Shown here one piece after another: positions 19,109 to 29,221 of a stretch of DNA of 64,000 nucleotides (positions are counted from its first letter, which is position 1; every line of letters starts with the position of its first letter). The position numbers and the translations under genes are program-made. The DNA comes from Bacteroidota bacterium. Lineage in GTDB: Bacteria > Bacteroidota > Bacteroidia > AKYH767-A > 2013-40CM-41-45. The stretch is taken from the NCBI GenBank assembly GCA_003389385.1, contig QQVM01000017.1, positions 10,443 through 74,442 of the forward strand, read 5' to 3'. Below the pieces are notes generated by a model. That model was not told the origin of the DNA. It made no database searches and saw nothing but the letters and a program-made list of their open reading frames with translations.

Positions 19109-20338
19109 ATGAAAAAATTAACCTGGTCAACCAAGACCGTGAAGGTGAAAGACCTTAAACCATTTGAAATAAACCCAAGAAAAATATCGGATGAAAAAAG
19201 GCAGAAGTTAATACAAAGCCTTGAAAAGTTTGACTTGGCGGAAATCCCTGCCGTAAATACGGACATGAAAATAATCGGAGGCAATCAAAGAATTGCAGCC
19301 CTTGTGTTACTTGACAGGGGCGATGAGCTGATCGATGTTCGTGTCCCGAGCCGTAAGCTATCGGAGAAGGAGGTCAAAGAATACAATCTGATTAGCAACA
19401 CCCATGCAGGTGAATGGGACTTTGAAATACTGGACATGGAGTTTTCGGATATAGATTTGGAGGATATCGGATTTGATATTCATGGGCTTCAAAGTTGGAA
19501 TTTAGCGCAAAATCAGCAAATGGCATCAGGAGTGGAGGATGATGATTTTGACGTGCCGCTTGGCGGGTCAAATACCGATATTGTTGAGGGCGACATCTTT
19601 GATATAGGCCGACATCGCCTGATGTGTGGCAGCAGCACCCAGACCGATACGTGGGAGCGGTTAATGGGGCAGGAAATGGCCGACCTTGTAATAACCGACA
19701 CACCTTACAATGTAGCTTATGTCGGAAAGACGAAAGATGCCATGAAAATTCAAAATGATGCCCAATCGGATGGCAATTTTTACCAATTCCTTTATGACTT
19801 ATATACGGCTCTCGGAAGTTACACGAAAAAGGGGGTGGCTTGGTATGTTTGGCACGCTGATTCTGAAGGGGCGAATTTCCGCAAAGCAATGGCTGATTCA
19901 GGGATAATGGTAAAACAATGTTTAATTTGGGTAAAAAATAGCCTGGTGATGGGGCGACAGGATTACCATTGGGCGCACGAGCCATGCCTTTACGGATGGA
20001 AAGAAGGCGCGGCTCACAAATGGTATTCAGATCGGAAACAAACAACCGTTTTAAACTTTGACAGGCCGTCAAGGAATGCCGAACATCCGACCATGAAGCC
20101 GGTTCCGCTTATTGCTTACCAGATGGGCAACAGCAGCAAGGCAGGAGACATAGTGTGCGATGGGTTTGGAGGAAGTGGTACGACAATGGTTGCCGCACAT
20201 CAAATGAATAGAACATGCAGGATGATGGAGCTTGACCCGAAATACTGTCAGGTAATCATTGACAGAATGATCAAGCTCGATCCAGCAATCGAAATAAAAA
20301 GAAACGGTAAATCATGGAACTCACAGAAGAATTCCTAA
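19109..20338 (+). CDS. ParB-like nuclease domain fused to a DNA N6-adenine/N4-cytosine methyltransferase
   Basis: N-terminal ParB/Srx-like region (KDLKPFEINPRK..GGNQRIAAL). Methylase motif IV is ITDTPYN (DPPY-like) and motif I is DGFGGSGTT. Confidence 0.7.
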   Translation: MKKLTWSTKTVKVKDLKPFEINPRKISDEKRQKLIQSLEKFDLAEIPAVNTDMKIIGGNQRIAALVLLDRGDELIDVRVPSRKLSEKEVKEYNLISNTHAGEWDFEILDMEFSDIDLEDIGFDIHGLQSWNLAQNQQMASGVEDDDFDVPLGGSNTDIVEGDIFDIGRHRLMCGSSTQTDTWERLMGQEMADLVITDTPYNVAYVGKTKDAMKIQNDAQSDGNFYQFLYDLYTALGSYTKKGVAWYVWHADSEGANFRKAMADSGIMVKQCLIWVKNSLVMGRQDYHWAHEPCLYGWKEGAAHKWYSDRKQTTVLNFDRPSRNAEHPTMKPVPLIAYQMGNSSKAGDIVCDGFGGSGTTMVAAHQMNRTCRMMELDPKYCQVIIDRMIKLDPAIEIKRNGKSWNSQKNS

Positions 20339-20601
20339 AGAAAATCACCCAAATGGGAACGCTCGGATATCCGCCTGAAAAGATTATCAATGTACTGGAT
20401 ATTGAAGATGGGGATAAATTCATAAAAGAATTTTCAAATAAAAATTCTAAAGTACAGAAGCATTATCAAAAGGGAGTTGATAAGGCAGATTACATGATCG
20501 ACATCAAATTATTTGAAATGGCAAAGAACGGAGTCCTTAAGGCACTCGATCGGTATGAGGAGCGCAAGTATGCATCGCTTCGGGAGCAGAAAACAAAATG
20601 A
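20314..20601 (+). CDS. Hypothetical small protein
   Basis: 95-aa ORF overlapping the methylase 3' end; last plus-strand prophage gene before the integrase. Confidence 0.3.
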   Translation: MELTEEFLKKITQMGTLGYPPEKIINVLDIEDGDKFIKEFSNKNSKVQKHYQKGVDKADYMIDIKLFEMAKNGVLKALDRYEERKYASLREQKTK

Positions 20602-20744
20602 CAAAATTGGCAGCTCAAGTTTCTTTCTCTGCATTATATTTGCCATCCACAGCAAATCCCTCTGCCTATTTTGGTGGGCAGTTGTACACGTAAGTTTTCC
20701 ATCGTGTTTTGAAGCCGTTGCGATGCCCTGTCGTGACGGCTTTT

Positions 20745-21848
20745 TTATGTCCGAAACTTTTTAAATTCTGCATCCATCAGCGGATTGGTGACCTTGGCAT
20801 AGATGGCTACGGTGCGCCGAGATATGCCCATGTATTCGGCCACGACATCCGAGGTAATGCCAGATTCCAGGCAGCGCACAGCAAAGGTATGCCTGCCCAC
20901 GTGTGATGTGATGGGCATATCAATCTCCGGATTACACATTTTTGCAATCGCTTTCAAATTTTCGTTTACGGTTGGCTCCGCAGGACAGGGCCTCATATGA
21001 AGTAGCTTTTCTGTGAGCTGTTTCAATTTATCATGCATCTGAAGGGATACCAGTTGGCCGTTCTTTTTTGCGCGAAGAATCAAGCGATCTTCCCGTATAA
21101 ATTCGGAAGAAAACCTGAGCCAGTCTGAGATGCGAAGCCCGCTGTAGCATCCCAAAAGGAAGTACATGCCGGAGACTAGCATTGTTTCGCTCATGGGAAG
21201 CTTCAGTGCGCGCTCCCATGCCTGTACCTGCGAAAGCGTAAGATGTATCCGATCCGGATTTTGGTATTTGGGCATAGGATACTTTTTGAATGGGTCTTCG
21301 CTTGTCAACCTATTATGCATGGCATCCAGATATACGGTGCGCATTTTTTTCCAAAGCTTATGAATTGTGTTTCCCTCAAGCGGCACCCGGGCAAGGTGCT
21401 GATGAAACAGCGCAAGCCAGCGCGGTGTAATGCCGTGCAGAGTAATGGATTTATCAAACTCCTGAATTCTGGCCAATGCCTGACGGTACGTGTCCAGGGT
21501 GCTGCCCTCCAGCACATCTCTCTTTCCGTCGATATATCCGGAAAAGTACTCGCAGAAACTCCGGTTCACGCCCTGGATGAAATCCGGCGTCACCGGTACG
21601 TCCATCAGCTGCATTCGCCGAATTTCCTGCTCGATTTCGGAAATCCTTTTTTTGATCTTCAAATTGATCATCTGATGCTGCGGATGACTCTTTCGAACTT
21701 CGCTGCCAGTCCAATCATCCGGTGAAATGAATTCATTCAATGACTTGACAATTCGCTTTCCGGATATCCTGATAATGATTTTCAAGGCCCGCTTGCCCTC
21801 TTTGTTCTTGCCGCCCATCAGCCGCGGATGTATCGTAACTTTCTGCAT
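20745..21848 (-). CDS. int: Tyrosine-type site-specific integrase
   Basis: C-terminal catalytic residues HVGRHTFAV and IYAKV (R-H-R-Y family). The start is trimmed to the ATG at 21848, because the longer ORF runs into the tRNA (the translated tRNA gives GFESRPDR). Confidence 0.8.
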   Translation of the reverse strand: MQKVTIHPRLMGGKNKEGKRALKIIIRISGKRIVKSLNEFISPDDWTGSEVRKSHPQHQMINLKIKKRISEIEQEIRRMQLMDVPVTPDFIQGVNRSFCEYFSGYIDGKRDVLEGSTLDTYRQALARIQEFDKSITLHGITPRWLALFHQHLARVPLEGNTIHKLWKKMRTVYLDAMHNRLTSEDPFKKYPMPKYQNPDRIHLTLSQVQAWERALKLPMSETMLVSGMYFLLGCYSGLRISDWLRFSSEFIREDRLILRAKKNGQLVSLQMHDKLKQLTEKLLHMRPCPAEPTVNENLKAIAKMCNPEIDMPITSHVGRHTFAVRCLESGITSDVVAEYMGISRRTVAIYAKVTNPLMDAEFKKFRT

Positions 21849-21990
21849 CGCCCTGTAGTGTGGCCACGCTGTAGCTACAGGGTGTAGCCAAATTCGTAGC
21901 CGTAAAGTGTCGGAAATGTAAATATTTGCCGGATAATAAACGCTATAAAATAGAAAATCCCGCGAAAAAGCGGGATTTGAACTAATTAAG

Positions 21991-22064
21991 CGGTCCGGAC
22001 GGGACTCGAACCCGCGACCCCATGCGTGACAGGCATGTATTCTAACCAACTGAACTACCGAACC
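21991..22064 (-). tRNA. tRNA-Asp (GTC)
   Basis: Cloverleaf folded by hand: acceptor GGTTCGG/CCGGACC, anticodon stem CATGC/GCATG with loop CTGTCAC, T-arm GCGGG-TTCGAGT-CCCGT; 74 nt with no encoded CCA. Confidence 0.75.
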
Positions 22065-22272
22065 GTATTTATTTAATTAATGAACGAACTGAGATTGTTT
22101 AGGTAATCCATTTCCTCGCGACCACTCCCGCACAAGCGGGATATTCTAACCAACTGAACTACCGAACCGTATTTATTTAATTAATGAACGAACTGAGATT
22201 GTTTAGGTAATCCATTTCCTCGCGACCACTCCCGCCCAAGCGGGATATTCTAACCAACTGAACTACCGAACC
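22065..22272 (-). repeat. Two tandem 104-bp repeats, each carrying a degenerate copy of the tRNA-Asp 5' half
   Basis: Each unit repeats the first ~30 nt of the tRNA (GGTTCGGTAGTTCAGTTGGTTAGAATA), then diverges with no T-arm or acceptor 3' strand. The two units differ by one SNP (cccgcAcaag versus cccgcCcaag). Confidence 0.6.
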
Positions 22273-22491
22273 GCTTCACAACAGTATATTACTCTAGTTC
22301 CCTAAAAAGGAAGCAAGCTTCGATTTTTCGGACTGCAAAAATAAAGAAATCATCCAATTTTCAAAAGAGTTTAGGAAAATTTAATCATGAGTCGTGCTTT
22401 TTGCCTATTGCATATGCCTTTGTGATTGAAATAGTTACAATAAGTCTTATATGCTACCCGGTAAATAAGCAGTTGACGCAAGGAGTTTCTA

Positions 22492-23244
22492 CTACTCCTC
22501 AAAATACTTCAGCTCCAGATTCGCGCCATCAAATACTGCATATGAGTTATAACGGATCCAGTCACCCAGGTTGATATATCGACTTTTTCCATTGATTTCA
22601 ATGTCGAGTGGAAGGTGCCTGTGTCCGAATATCAAATAGTCGTAATGCTTCTTTTCAAGCAGTTCTTTACTGTGGATTACCAGCCATTCTTTTTCTTCAC
22701 CTAAAAACTTTTCATCCAATGTGCCTGTTGCAATACGGCTCTTCTTTGAAAAAAAATTCGCGACTCCGATGCCAAAGTTTGGATGAAGCCTTGCGAATAA
22801 CCACTGGCATACAGGATTAGCAAAAACCTTTTTGATGAATTTGTATCCATGGTCACCCGGTCCTAATCCGTCTCCGTGTCCGATATAAAATGATTTACCT
22901 GAATATTCCTTTTCAATAGGATTCCGGTAAACCTTTACACCAATTTCTTTCTCCAGGTAATCGAAAATCCACATATCATGATTACCTGTGAAATAGTGGA
23001 TGGTAATTCCGAAATCTGCAAGCTCCGCCAGCTTTCCCAGTAAACGCACAAAGCCCCGGGGAGCTACAGTTTTGTACTCAAACCAGAAGTCAAATACATC
23101 TCCAAGCAGATAAAGTTCTTCTGCATCTACCTTAATAATGTCTAGCCAGCGTACAATTCTTTTCTCCCGTTCAAGGCTGGCATGCCATGATGGTACTCCA
23201 AGATGGAAGTCGGATGCGAAGTATATTTTCTTTCCAGCGTTCAC
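22492..23244 (-). CDS. lpxH: UDP-2,3-diacylglucosamine diphosphatase-like metallophosphoesterase
   Basis: Calcineurin-like motifs in LpxH order: ASDFHLG, LGDVFDFW, GNHDMW, GHRHLP; about 250 aa. Confidence 0.5.
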   Translation of the reverse strand: MNAGKKIYFASDFHLGVPSWHASLEREKRIVRWLDIIKVDAEELYLLGDVFDFWFEYKTVAPRGFVRLLGKLAELADFGITIHYFTGNHDMWIFDYLEKEIGVKVYRNPIEKEYSGKSFYIGHGDGLGPGDHGYKFIKKVFANPVCQWLFARLHPNFGIGVANFFSKKSRIATGTLDEKFLGEEKEWLVIHSKELLEKKHYDYLIFGHRHLPLDIEINGKSRYINLGDWIRYNSYAVFDGANLELKYFEE

Positions 23245-26200
23245 TAAAAATCAACTTTTCTCAATAACTCCAGTGGATTCAATTGCTTTAATTTTAACTC
23301 CCATCTGATTAGTTCACCGTAACTGAGTTTTTGCTGATCTGCAATATATCCCAAGTCGGATGACCATGCTATGGGGAAATAAATGACAAAAGTATTCTTT
23401 ATTAGTGGTAATTCTATGCCGGCTTCAAAACTCACTGCCTTGGATTCAGGATACAATTCCTTTGCATCATTGAAGCTTGACAATCCGCCATAAAGACGGA
23501 AAGGAATTATTCCCGGGAGGCTAGTGCTTCCGCTGATGCCAAGCATCCATTCTTCTGCTTTGCGGTAAAAGAAAGTAGGAAACTTCAATCCTCCCTCAGC
23601 AAGCATAAACTGCTGTGACCAAATTCCGGAACTTTCGCTGCGCCCGAAAAAAACACCATCGTAAAGGTAATCATCAACGCCGCTGTATCCGCTGCTTCTA
23701 AGGCGTGCATCAAGTCCCGGGTCATTGGTGACTGAACGGTCGAGATAGCTTGCATTAAACCTCAGGCGAAAACCTTTTTTAGTCGAGTTGAAATGGAAAA
23801 AATGATTGCTTTCAAACGCTGCTTTATAAAAGTCCTGGTTTCCTGTAAGCTGCCATTTCAATTCCGATGCCTCAAGCGGGTTTCTGTTCCTGCGCAAATA
23901 CTCCATCTGAAAAAAATTATAAACTTTGCTTTGTCTTTCTAATGTAAGCACGTTCAATGGCAGGTCTTTGTCCACAAGTATGTGCCGTACATTTATAATC
24001 TTCTCTCTCCTTTGTGCAGGAAATTCATCTTTTATTCGAAGCGTGACTTTGTTTTCTAACCGTGAATATTTGAGATGATAATTTGTCGAGAAATCTATGA
24101 GAGGATTAGAGTAGGAGTAGTGGCTGTATGCATATCGGCAGAATCCGCTTTTTAAAGTAATGTATGAGAAGGCTCCCGATTTGGTTGTAAGATTAAACCG
24201 TATTTCACCTCCGCCAGTTAGGTCCCTGGTTTCTGCAGCGTATAGTGGAGCAAATACATATTCAAGTTTTTTCTCAGGAATAAATGTGTTGTAAATAGCA
24301 GCTCCCGCCATCAGTCCATTATATCTGTTCCATCCTGCGACAGGCGTGATAAATACCTGCGTTCTGTCAGCTCTTTCAAATGCTGGAAGAACACTGATTT
24401 TTAATTTTTCTGTCTTGCGAAATACTCCATCAGTCCTGATCAGGTTATTGCTCCTTAAGTTTTCCGGCATTCTTTCTTCCGCGTCAATCCGAAATGCTTC
24501 GCAACCATTACAGCTAATTTCAATTTCCTTTTCTCCCTCAAAGCCTTCAGTCGAAAATCTAGTTTTGATTTGACTTTCTTTTATTCCCTGAACAATGAGT
24601 GGTGGATTGTAATCTCCCTTGTTTTTAATTCTTAATTTATAATTGTCTGTTCCGGAAATTTTTTCTGCTGACGTTAAACTGTAGTCTGACTTTTTATTAC
24701 TGTTTATGCAGTCATCGAAAAACCATGATAAATCTTTATTGGAAGTTTTTTCAAAAGAATGTCTGATGTGCTCAGGATAGGGGTGACGAAATTTCCATTC
24801 CTCATAAAAGTTCCTGATACAGGCATCGAATAGTGAATCACCCAAATGGGCCAGCAAATAATCAATGCACAGAGTCGATTTTCTGTAAACCACTCTGCCG
24901 TAGTTAGTCTTGCTGAGCCTCGTTGAGTGAAGACCGGGAGCCTGATCCAGATTGCGCCTGGCTCCCATCAGATAGCTTAGATACTGAGCATTTCTGTGAT
25001 TAATAGAGTCGAGTCCGAAATATTTTCCCCATCTGCCCAGTTTTAAAAAAGCTTCCTCCTGTTTACTGGAATCCTGTTTATGTCTGTTATAGATGTATCT
25101 TGTTTCGAAAAAATTTGTAAAACCTTCGTCGATCCAGGGATGCTCCCGTTCATTGCTGCCAAGAATTCCGTAAAACCAGCTGTGAGCGACTTCGTGCACT
25201 ATTGTTTTTTCAAATTCAAAAGCATCTCCTGTTGTGCCGATGGCAGTCACCATTGGATATTCCATACCGCTGCCTCTTGCGACTGTTACATCTGCAGCGC
25301 TGATCTGGTCATAAGGATAGACGCCAATCCTATCTGAAAAAAAATTCAAGGCATCAGCAAGATGTTGTGGAGCTTTTTTCCAGTATTCAGCTTCTGCGTT
25401 AGTGAAAAATGACCATGTGGAAATTGCTTTGTCTCTGCCTCGCAAATACACTTCTCCTTTCAGAACATGATAGCGCTTGTCTGCAAACCAGGCAAAGTCA
25501 TGAATCTTATCCTGTTTGAATCGTAAAGTCTTCATTTCCTTTGAAGACTCAGGAAAGCTCATGTCATTCGTAAAGTTTATCATCCTCGCAGTGTTAAGCG
25601 CTTTTTCTTCGAGCCATTCGAATTCCTTCTTGTTATCAGTAAGGATTCCTGTAGAGGCAACTACATAATTGGAAGGAATTGTGATGCTCACATCATAGTC
25701 TCCAAACTCGCCGTAGAACTCACCTCTGTGCAGATATGAAAAATAATTCCAGCCATTTTTATCGTATACTGCCGGTTTGGGATACCATTGTGTGATCATG
25801 TATGACTGCCCTATATGACCCAGACGGGATATCTCCGAATTAGGAATTTTAACTTTCATTGTTGTACTTATCTCCACAAAACTCCCTGGAAGAAGGGCTT
25901 TTTTTAGCCTGATCAGGCAAATGTCCGGTGTGTCTGTAAGTAATTTCCAGTTCAGACTCTCGCCATTACTTCGGAAATCTAATGAATCCATGTATCCTGT
26001 GTCATCTTGCTTCATCCGTAGCATTACAGGGTCTCCGTCTGCGTAAAGTTGTTTGGCTAGTTCTGTTTTACTGCTCCTATAGGCATTGGGCCATAGATGT
26101 ACATAGATCACATGCAATGTGTCAGGTGAATTGTTGGTATACCGAAACTCGATCGAGCCTCTGAGTATGTGTCGCTTGTCGTCGAGCTCAACTCCAATGA

Positions 26201-26327
26201 TATAACTCACATCTTGTTGAAAGTCATTTCTTTCGTTCAGAGTAACGAAAGAATAAGAATTCAGCCAAAAGAGCACAGCAAATAAAAATGCCGGCAGTTT
26301 GCGGTCTGCAATATTTTTTTCTTGCAT
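23244..26327 (-). CDS. M1-family zinc metallopeptidase (secreted, 1027 aa)
   Basis: HEXXH-x18-E signature TIVHEVAHSWFYG...WIDEGFTNF; N-terminal signal-like segment. Confidence 0.6.
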   Translation of the reverse strand: MQEKNIADRKLPAFLFAVLFWLNSYSFVTLNERNDFQQDVSYIIGVELDDKRHILRGSIEFRYTNNSPDTLHVIYVHLWPNAYRSSKTELAKQLYADGDPVMLRMKQDDTGYMDSLDFRSNGESLNWKLLTDTPDICLIRLKKALLPGSFVEISTTMKVKIPNSEISRLGHIGQSYMITQWYPKPAVYDKNGWNYFSYLHRGEFYGEFGDYDVSITIPSNYVVASTGILTDNKKEFEWLEEKALNTARMINFTNDMSFPESSKEMKTLRFKQDKIHDFAWFADKRYHVLKGEVYLRGRDKAISTWSFFTNAEAEYWKKAPQHLADALNFFSDRIGVYPYDQISAADVTVARGSGMEYPMVTAIGTTGDAFEFEKTIVHEVAHSWFYGILGSNEREHPWIDEGFTNFFETRYIYNRHKQDSSKQEEAFLKLGRWGKYFGLDSINHRNAQYLSYLMGARRNLDQAPGLHSTRLSKTNYGRVVYRKSTLCIDYLLAHLGDSLFDACIRNFYEEWKFRHPYPEHIRHSFEKTSNKDLSWFFDDCINSNKKSDYSLTSAEKISGTDNYKLRIKNKGDYNPPLIVQGIKESQIKTRFSTEGFEGEKEIEISCNGCEAFRIDAEERMPENLRSNNLIRTDGVFRKTEKLKISVLPAFERADRTQVFITPVAGWNRYNGLMAGAAIYNTFIPEKKLEYVFAPLYAAETRDLTGGGEIRFNLTTKSGAFSYITLKSGFCRYAYSHYSYSNPLIDFSTNYHLKYSRLENKVTLRIKDEFPAQRREKIINVRHILVDKDLPLNVLTLERQSKVYNFFQMEYLRRNRNPLEASELKWQLTGNQDFYKAAFESNHFFHFNSTKKGFRLRFNASYLDRSVTNDPGLDARLRSSGYSGVDDYLYDGVFFGRSESSGIWSQQFMLAEGGLKFPTFFYRKAEEWMLGISGSTSLPGIIPFRLYGGLSSFNDAKELYPESKAVSFEAGIELPLIKNTFVIYFPIAWSSDLGYIADQQKLSYGELIRWELKLKQLNPLELLRKVDF

Positions 26328-26370
26328 GAACGCAAATTACCGGCATTTGCTTTAGTGCCGACAGTTGATC

Positions 26371-27477
26371 TTAGGAGTTTTTCACGAGAGCTTCTTGAAT
26401 TTTTCTGTCAAGATCTTCACCGAGCAGTCCTTTTGAAATTATGTTGCCCTCCTTGTCAAGAAGCAGTGTGAAAGGTATCGCTTCGATGCCGTATGCTTTT
26501 ACTACATCACTGTTCCACTTCTTTAACTCGCTTGCATGAGCCCATTTCAATCCGTCTTTTGCAATAGCATCCTTCCAGGCATCAGCATTATCATCCAGTG
26601 AAACCTGAAAAATCTCAAATCCCTGGTCTTTGTATTTGTTGTACAAGCTTACCAGATAAGGATTTGTTTTTCTGCATGGTCTGCACCAGCTTGCCCAAAA
26701 ATCAAGCAGAACAACCTTGCCTTTGAAGCTTGAAAGACTGATGTTCTTCCCGCTTGGATCAGGCAAGCTAAAGTCAGGAGCCGGACTGCCGGCAGGCAGC
26801 TTCTTTAGTTCAGCAACTACTGCGAGGTAGTCTTTTACATATTTATTACCGGGATACTTCTTGTCAAGGTTACTTCCAAGGTCATCAAGCAGTGTAACGT
26901 TTTTATCCTGATTCAGAAAACGAGTGGCTGATAAAGCCACCAGCGAATTCATATTGCTGTTGATGAATCGTGTTGAGTATTCTTCCATTGTTGAAACGTA
27001 ATGCTTCTGAAGAATGCTGCCGATTGAATCGGCTGCTGCCGGTTGATCCTGGCGCGTACTCATGTATACGGAATTGAGGGAATCTCCCAATTTTAACTCA
27101 AAGCTTCTGAGTTGTTGAATCAGTTTGGAATCTTCCGAACCCTCAATTGAATATGTTTTATCAAGATCATTTGCGTCCCCGCTTATTGTTACATTTTCAC
27201 CACCGTGCAGCAAAAGATAAATCTGATTTCTGTCTCCGGTTCGCAGGGTGAAATAGTCTGTTTGTGTTGCAGCATTCTTCAGCACAAAATTACCTGCATT
27301 GTCAGTTTTGGCAGAATCCAAAATGATGTCCCCTTCATCTCCGGACTTCTGAAGATACACCATTATATCCTGAGCATTGCTGAACTGACCAGTGATTTTT
27401 CCCTTGCCGTCATTCTTTGATCCGCAGGAGAATAAAATTGTAGAAACAAATAAAATAGTTGTGATGCGACGAAACAT
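26371..27477 (-). CDS. TlpA-like thiol:disulfide oxidoreductase lipoprotein
   Basis: C-terminal thioredoxin fold with WASWCRPC (CxxC). The start is moved to the ATG at 27477, which gives the lipoprotein-like signal MFRRITTILFVSTILFSCGS. Confidence 0.6.
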   Translation of the reverse strand: MFRRITTILFVSTILFSCGSKNDGKGKITGQFSNAQDIMVYLQKSGDEGDIILDSAKTDNAGNFVLKNAATQTDYFTLRTGDRNQIYLLLHGGENVTISGDANDLDKTYSIEGSEDSKLIQQLRSFELKLGDSLNSVYMSTRQDQPAAADSIGSILQKHYVSTMEEYSTRFINSNMNSLVALSATRFLNQDKNVTLLDDLGSNLDKKYPGNKYVKDYLAVVAELKKLPAGSPAPDFSLPDPSGKNISLSSFKGKVVLLDFWASWCRPCRKTNPYLVSLYNKYKDQGFEIFQVSLDDNADAWKDAIAKDGLKWAHASELKKWNSDVVKAYGIEAIPFTLLLDKEGNIISKGLLGEDLDRKIQEALVKNS

Positions 27478-27694
27478 ATGTTTACAGATTTTATGGTTTT
27501 TAAAAATGGAATTAAATAAACTTGCTAAAATTTTTACCAATTCAAGATTCCTGTTACTCTGGCATTTTTACGTAATTATAAGAATTAAATTGAAATGTCA
27601 AAACATCCATAAATATTGTTTCAGAATACTATGATTCGTCAAATGGAAGCAAGAATAAGCAGCTTTTTCAGGTAAATTAAAATGAGTTGATGAT

Positions 27695-29089
27695 TTATCT
27701 GCCAATATTGATTTTTTTAACCGCGTAGCTATCTTTAAAAACTGCCTTGATAAAATACATTCCGCTCTTCAAATTGGATAAGTCGGCAATTAAAACCCCT
27801 TCAGAATTTGAAGTTAAAATGATCTCTTTCTGAACTTTGCCTTTCATATCAATAATTTCAATCACCGGGATTTTGGATTTATCACGATACTTTATGCTGG
27901 TCTGTGTGCTGGCAGGATTAGGATACACTTCTATCAATTCATCCTTTCGGCTTAAATTATTTATCCCTGTCAACTGACTCACGTCGAGGATGAACAGTCC
28001 GAGTTGCATGTCGCTGGCCAACAGAATACCACTTGGAAGATCAGTATATACTGCCCAGCATCCCGCATAAGCAGGGTTGGGGTAAGTCCCTGGAGGATTT
28101 TGAGGGTGTGTGTCAAAATAACCAGATGGAACAGGCGATTGTGGATTACTGATGTCATATGCCTGCACCCCGTCCTGATAATAGGCGACATACAAAGTAT
28201 TTCCTTTTACATAAGGATTGTGTGGCGTCGCATTGGGATGACTTCTGAATGTATTGACGGTGGAGGGGGATGCAATGTTGCTGACATCAACAACTTTCAC
28301 GTCCAGGCCTGCAGGAACTTCATCGCACATGTATAGTGTGCTTCCATCTTCGGAAAGAAAGCTGCTATGGTTGTATCCCTGGTCAGGATAGCTTGTAATG
28401 GAACCAATCTGATTGAATCGGTTACCGATTTCATCATAATGAAAAATGTACAATCCCTGATATTCGCAAGAAGCATATACAGTGTCGTTTCTTACAAACA
28501 TGTCATGTGTTCCGTTAATAAATGGATAATCCTGGTCAAGGCGTCTCAACAACACAGGCTGTTCAGGATTTGCCAGAGAATATACATTCAGCGAAGATGG
28601 CGAACTGCCCGGCTTTTTTACTGCCGCCACATACATCCTGTCTCCATCAATGTAAAGTGTGTGCGCACTTTCAATAATAGTCACATCATCATGCACAAGC
28701 CTGACCGAGTCCGGCAAGTAAGACATGTCCATAATCTGAAAAGTATTGTTCGACCCGTCTGCTATCGCATAAAGGTAGTTGCCGTAAGTTTTGTATTCAT
28801 GCCATATTCTGGACTGGCTTCTTCCGGGAATATAATCACTTACTATTGGATTAGCAGGATTTGTAACTTCAATTATATATGTGCCGGCAGTTGTGCCGAT
28901 AACTCCGTATTCCTTGCCATTCCCGTCGTGCCAACCCCAGCAACTCTGATAGCGAATGCCGTAAACTGGCTCGGCCGCAACAGTACTGTCGTTAAAATGT
29001 CCAAGCAAATTGATGTTCTGAAAATCGAATTGAGCGAATGCGATTGCATTACAGCAAACCAGTAATGTTGATAGGACCAGGTTTTTCAT
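27695..29089 (-). CDS. T9SS C-terminal sorting-domain protein (beta-propeller-like cargo)
   Basis: N-terminal signal peptide; C-terminal VYPNPASTQTSIKY...GMYFIKAV matches the T9SS type A sorting domain. Confidence 0.5.
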   Translation of the reverse strand: MKNLVLSTLLVCCNAIAFAQFDFQNINLLGHFNDSTVAAEPVYGIRYQSCWGWHDGNGKEYGVIGTTAGTYIIEVTNPANPIVSDYIPGRSQSRIWHEYKTYGNYLYAIADGSNNTFQIMDMSYLPDSVRLVHDDVTIIESAHTLYIDGDRMYVAAVKKPGSSPSSLNVYSLANPEQPVLLRRLDQDYPFINGTHDMFVRNDTVYASCEYQGLYIFHYDEIGNRFNQIGSITSYPDQGYNHSSFLSEDGSTLYMCDEVPAGLDVKVVDVSNIASPSTVNTFRSHPNATPHNPYVKGNTLYVAYYQDGVQAYDISNPQSPVPSGYFDTHPQNPPGTYPNPAYAGCWAVYTDLPSGILLASDMQLGLFILDVSQLTGINNLSRKDELIEVYPNPASTQTSIKYRDKSKIPVIEIIDMKGKVQKEIILTSNSEGVLIADLSNLKSGMYFIKAVFKDSYAVKKINIGR

Positions 29090-29221
29090 GATTGGGTACA
29101 GTCGGGTCTGAATTAAATTTTTTGTCTAAATTATGGTTTTCATTCCAATTGATTCTAACATCGGTAAATATGACATTGCGAAGATTTTTTATAGCTAACA
29201 GAGGGGCTTTTGGAGTTTGAT

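Larger units (their letters stand above)
1..21990. mobile_element. Integrated prophage, partial: the left end lies beyond the window start and the right end is at tRNA-Asp
   Basis: A co-oriented plus-strand gene block contains portal, Mu-F-like head morphogenesis, scaffold-like and capsid-like genes, a lysis cassette and a ParB-methylase. A tyrosine integrase on the minus strand sits immediately next to the tRNA-Asp 3' end. The first ORF begins at the window edge. Confidence 0.6.

Noticed and set aside
19392-20072. 226-aa minus-strand ORF antisense to the ParB-methylase gene
   Set aside because: The translation is Cys/Pro/His-rich and low-complexity, typical of an antisense frame, while the sense gene has clear methylase motifs.
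20603-20744. Possible attP or second att core between the last phage gene and the integrase
   Set aside because: Only a terminator-like hairpin (aagccgt...acggctt plus T-run) is visible here, and there is no similarity to the tRNA-Asp 3' end.
21849-22049. Long ORF extension of the integrase reading MVRIHACHAWGRGFESRPDR...
   Set aside because: This stretch is the tRNA-Asp gene and att region translated on the same strand; GFESRPDR is the typical T-arm translation artefact. The integrase start was trimmed to the ATG at 21848.
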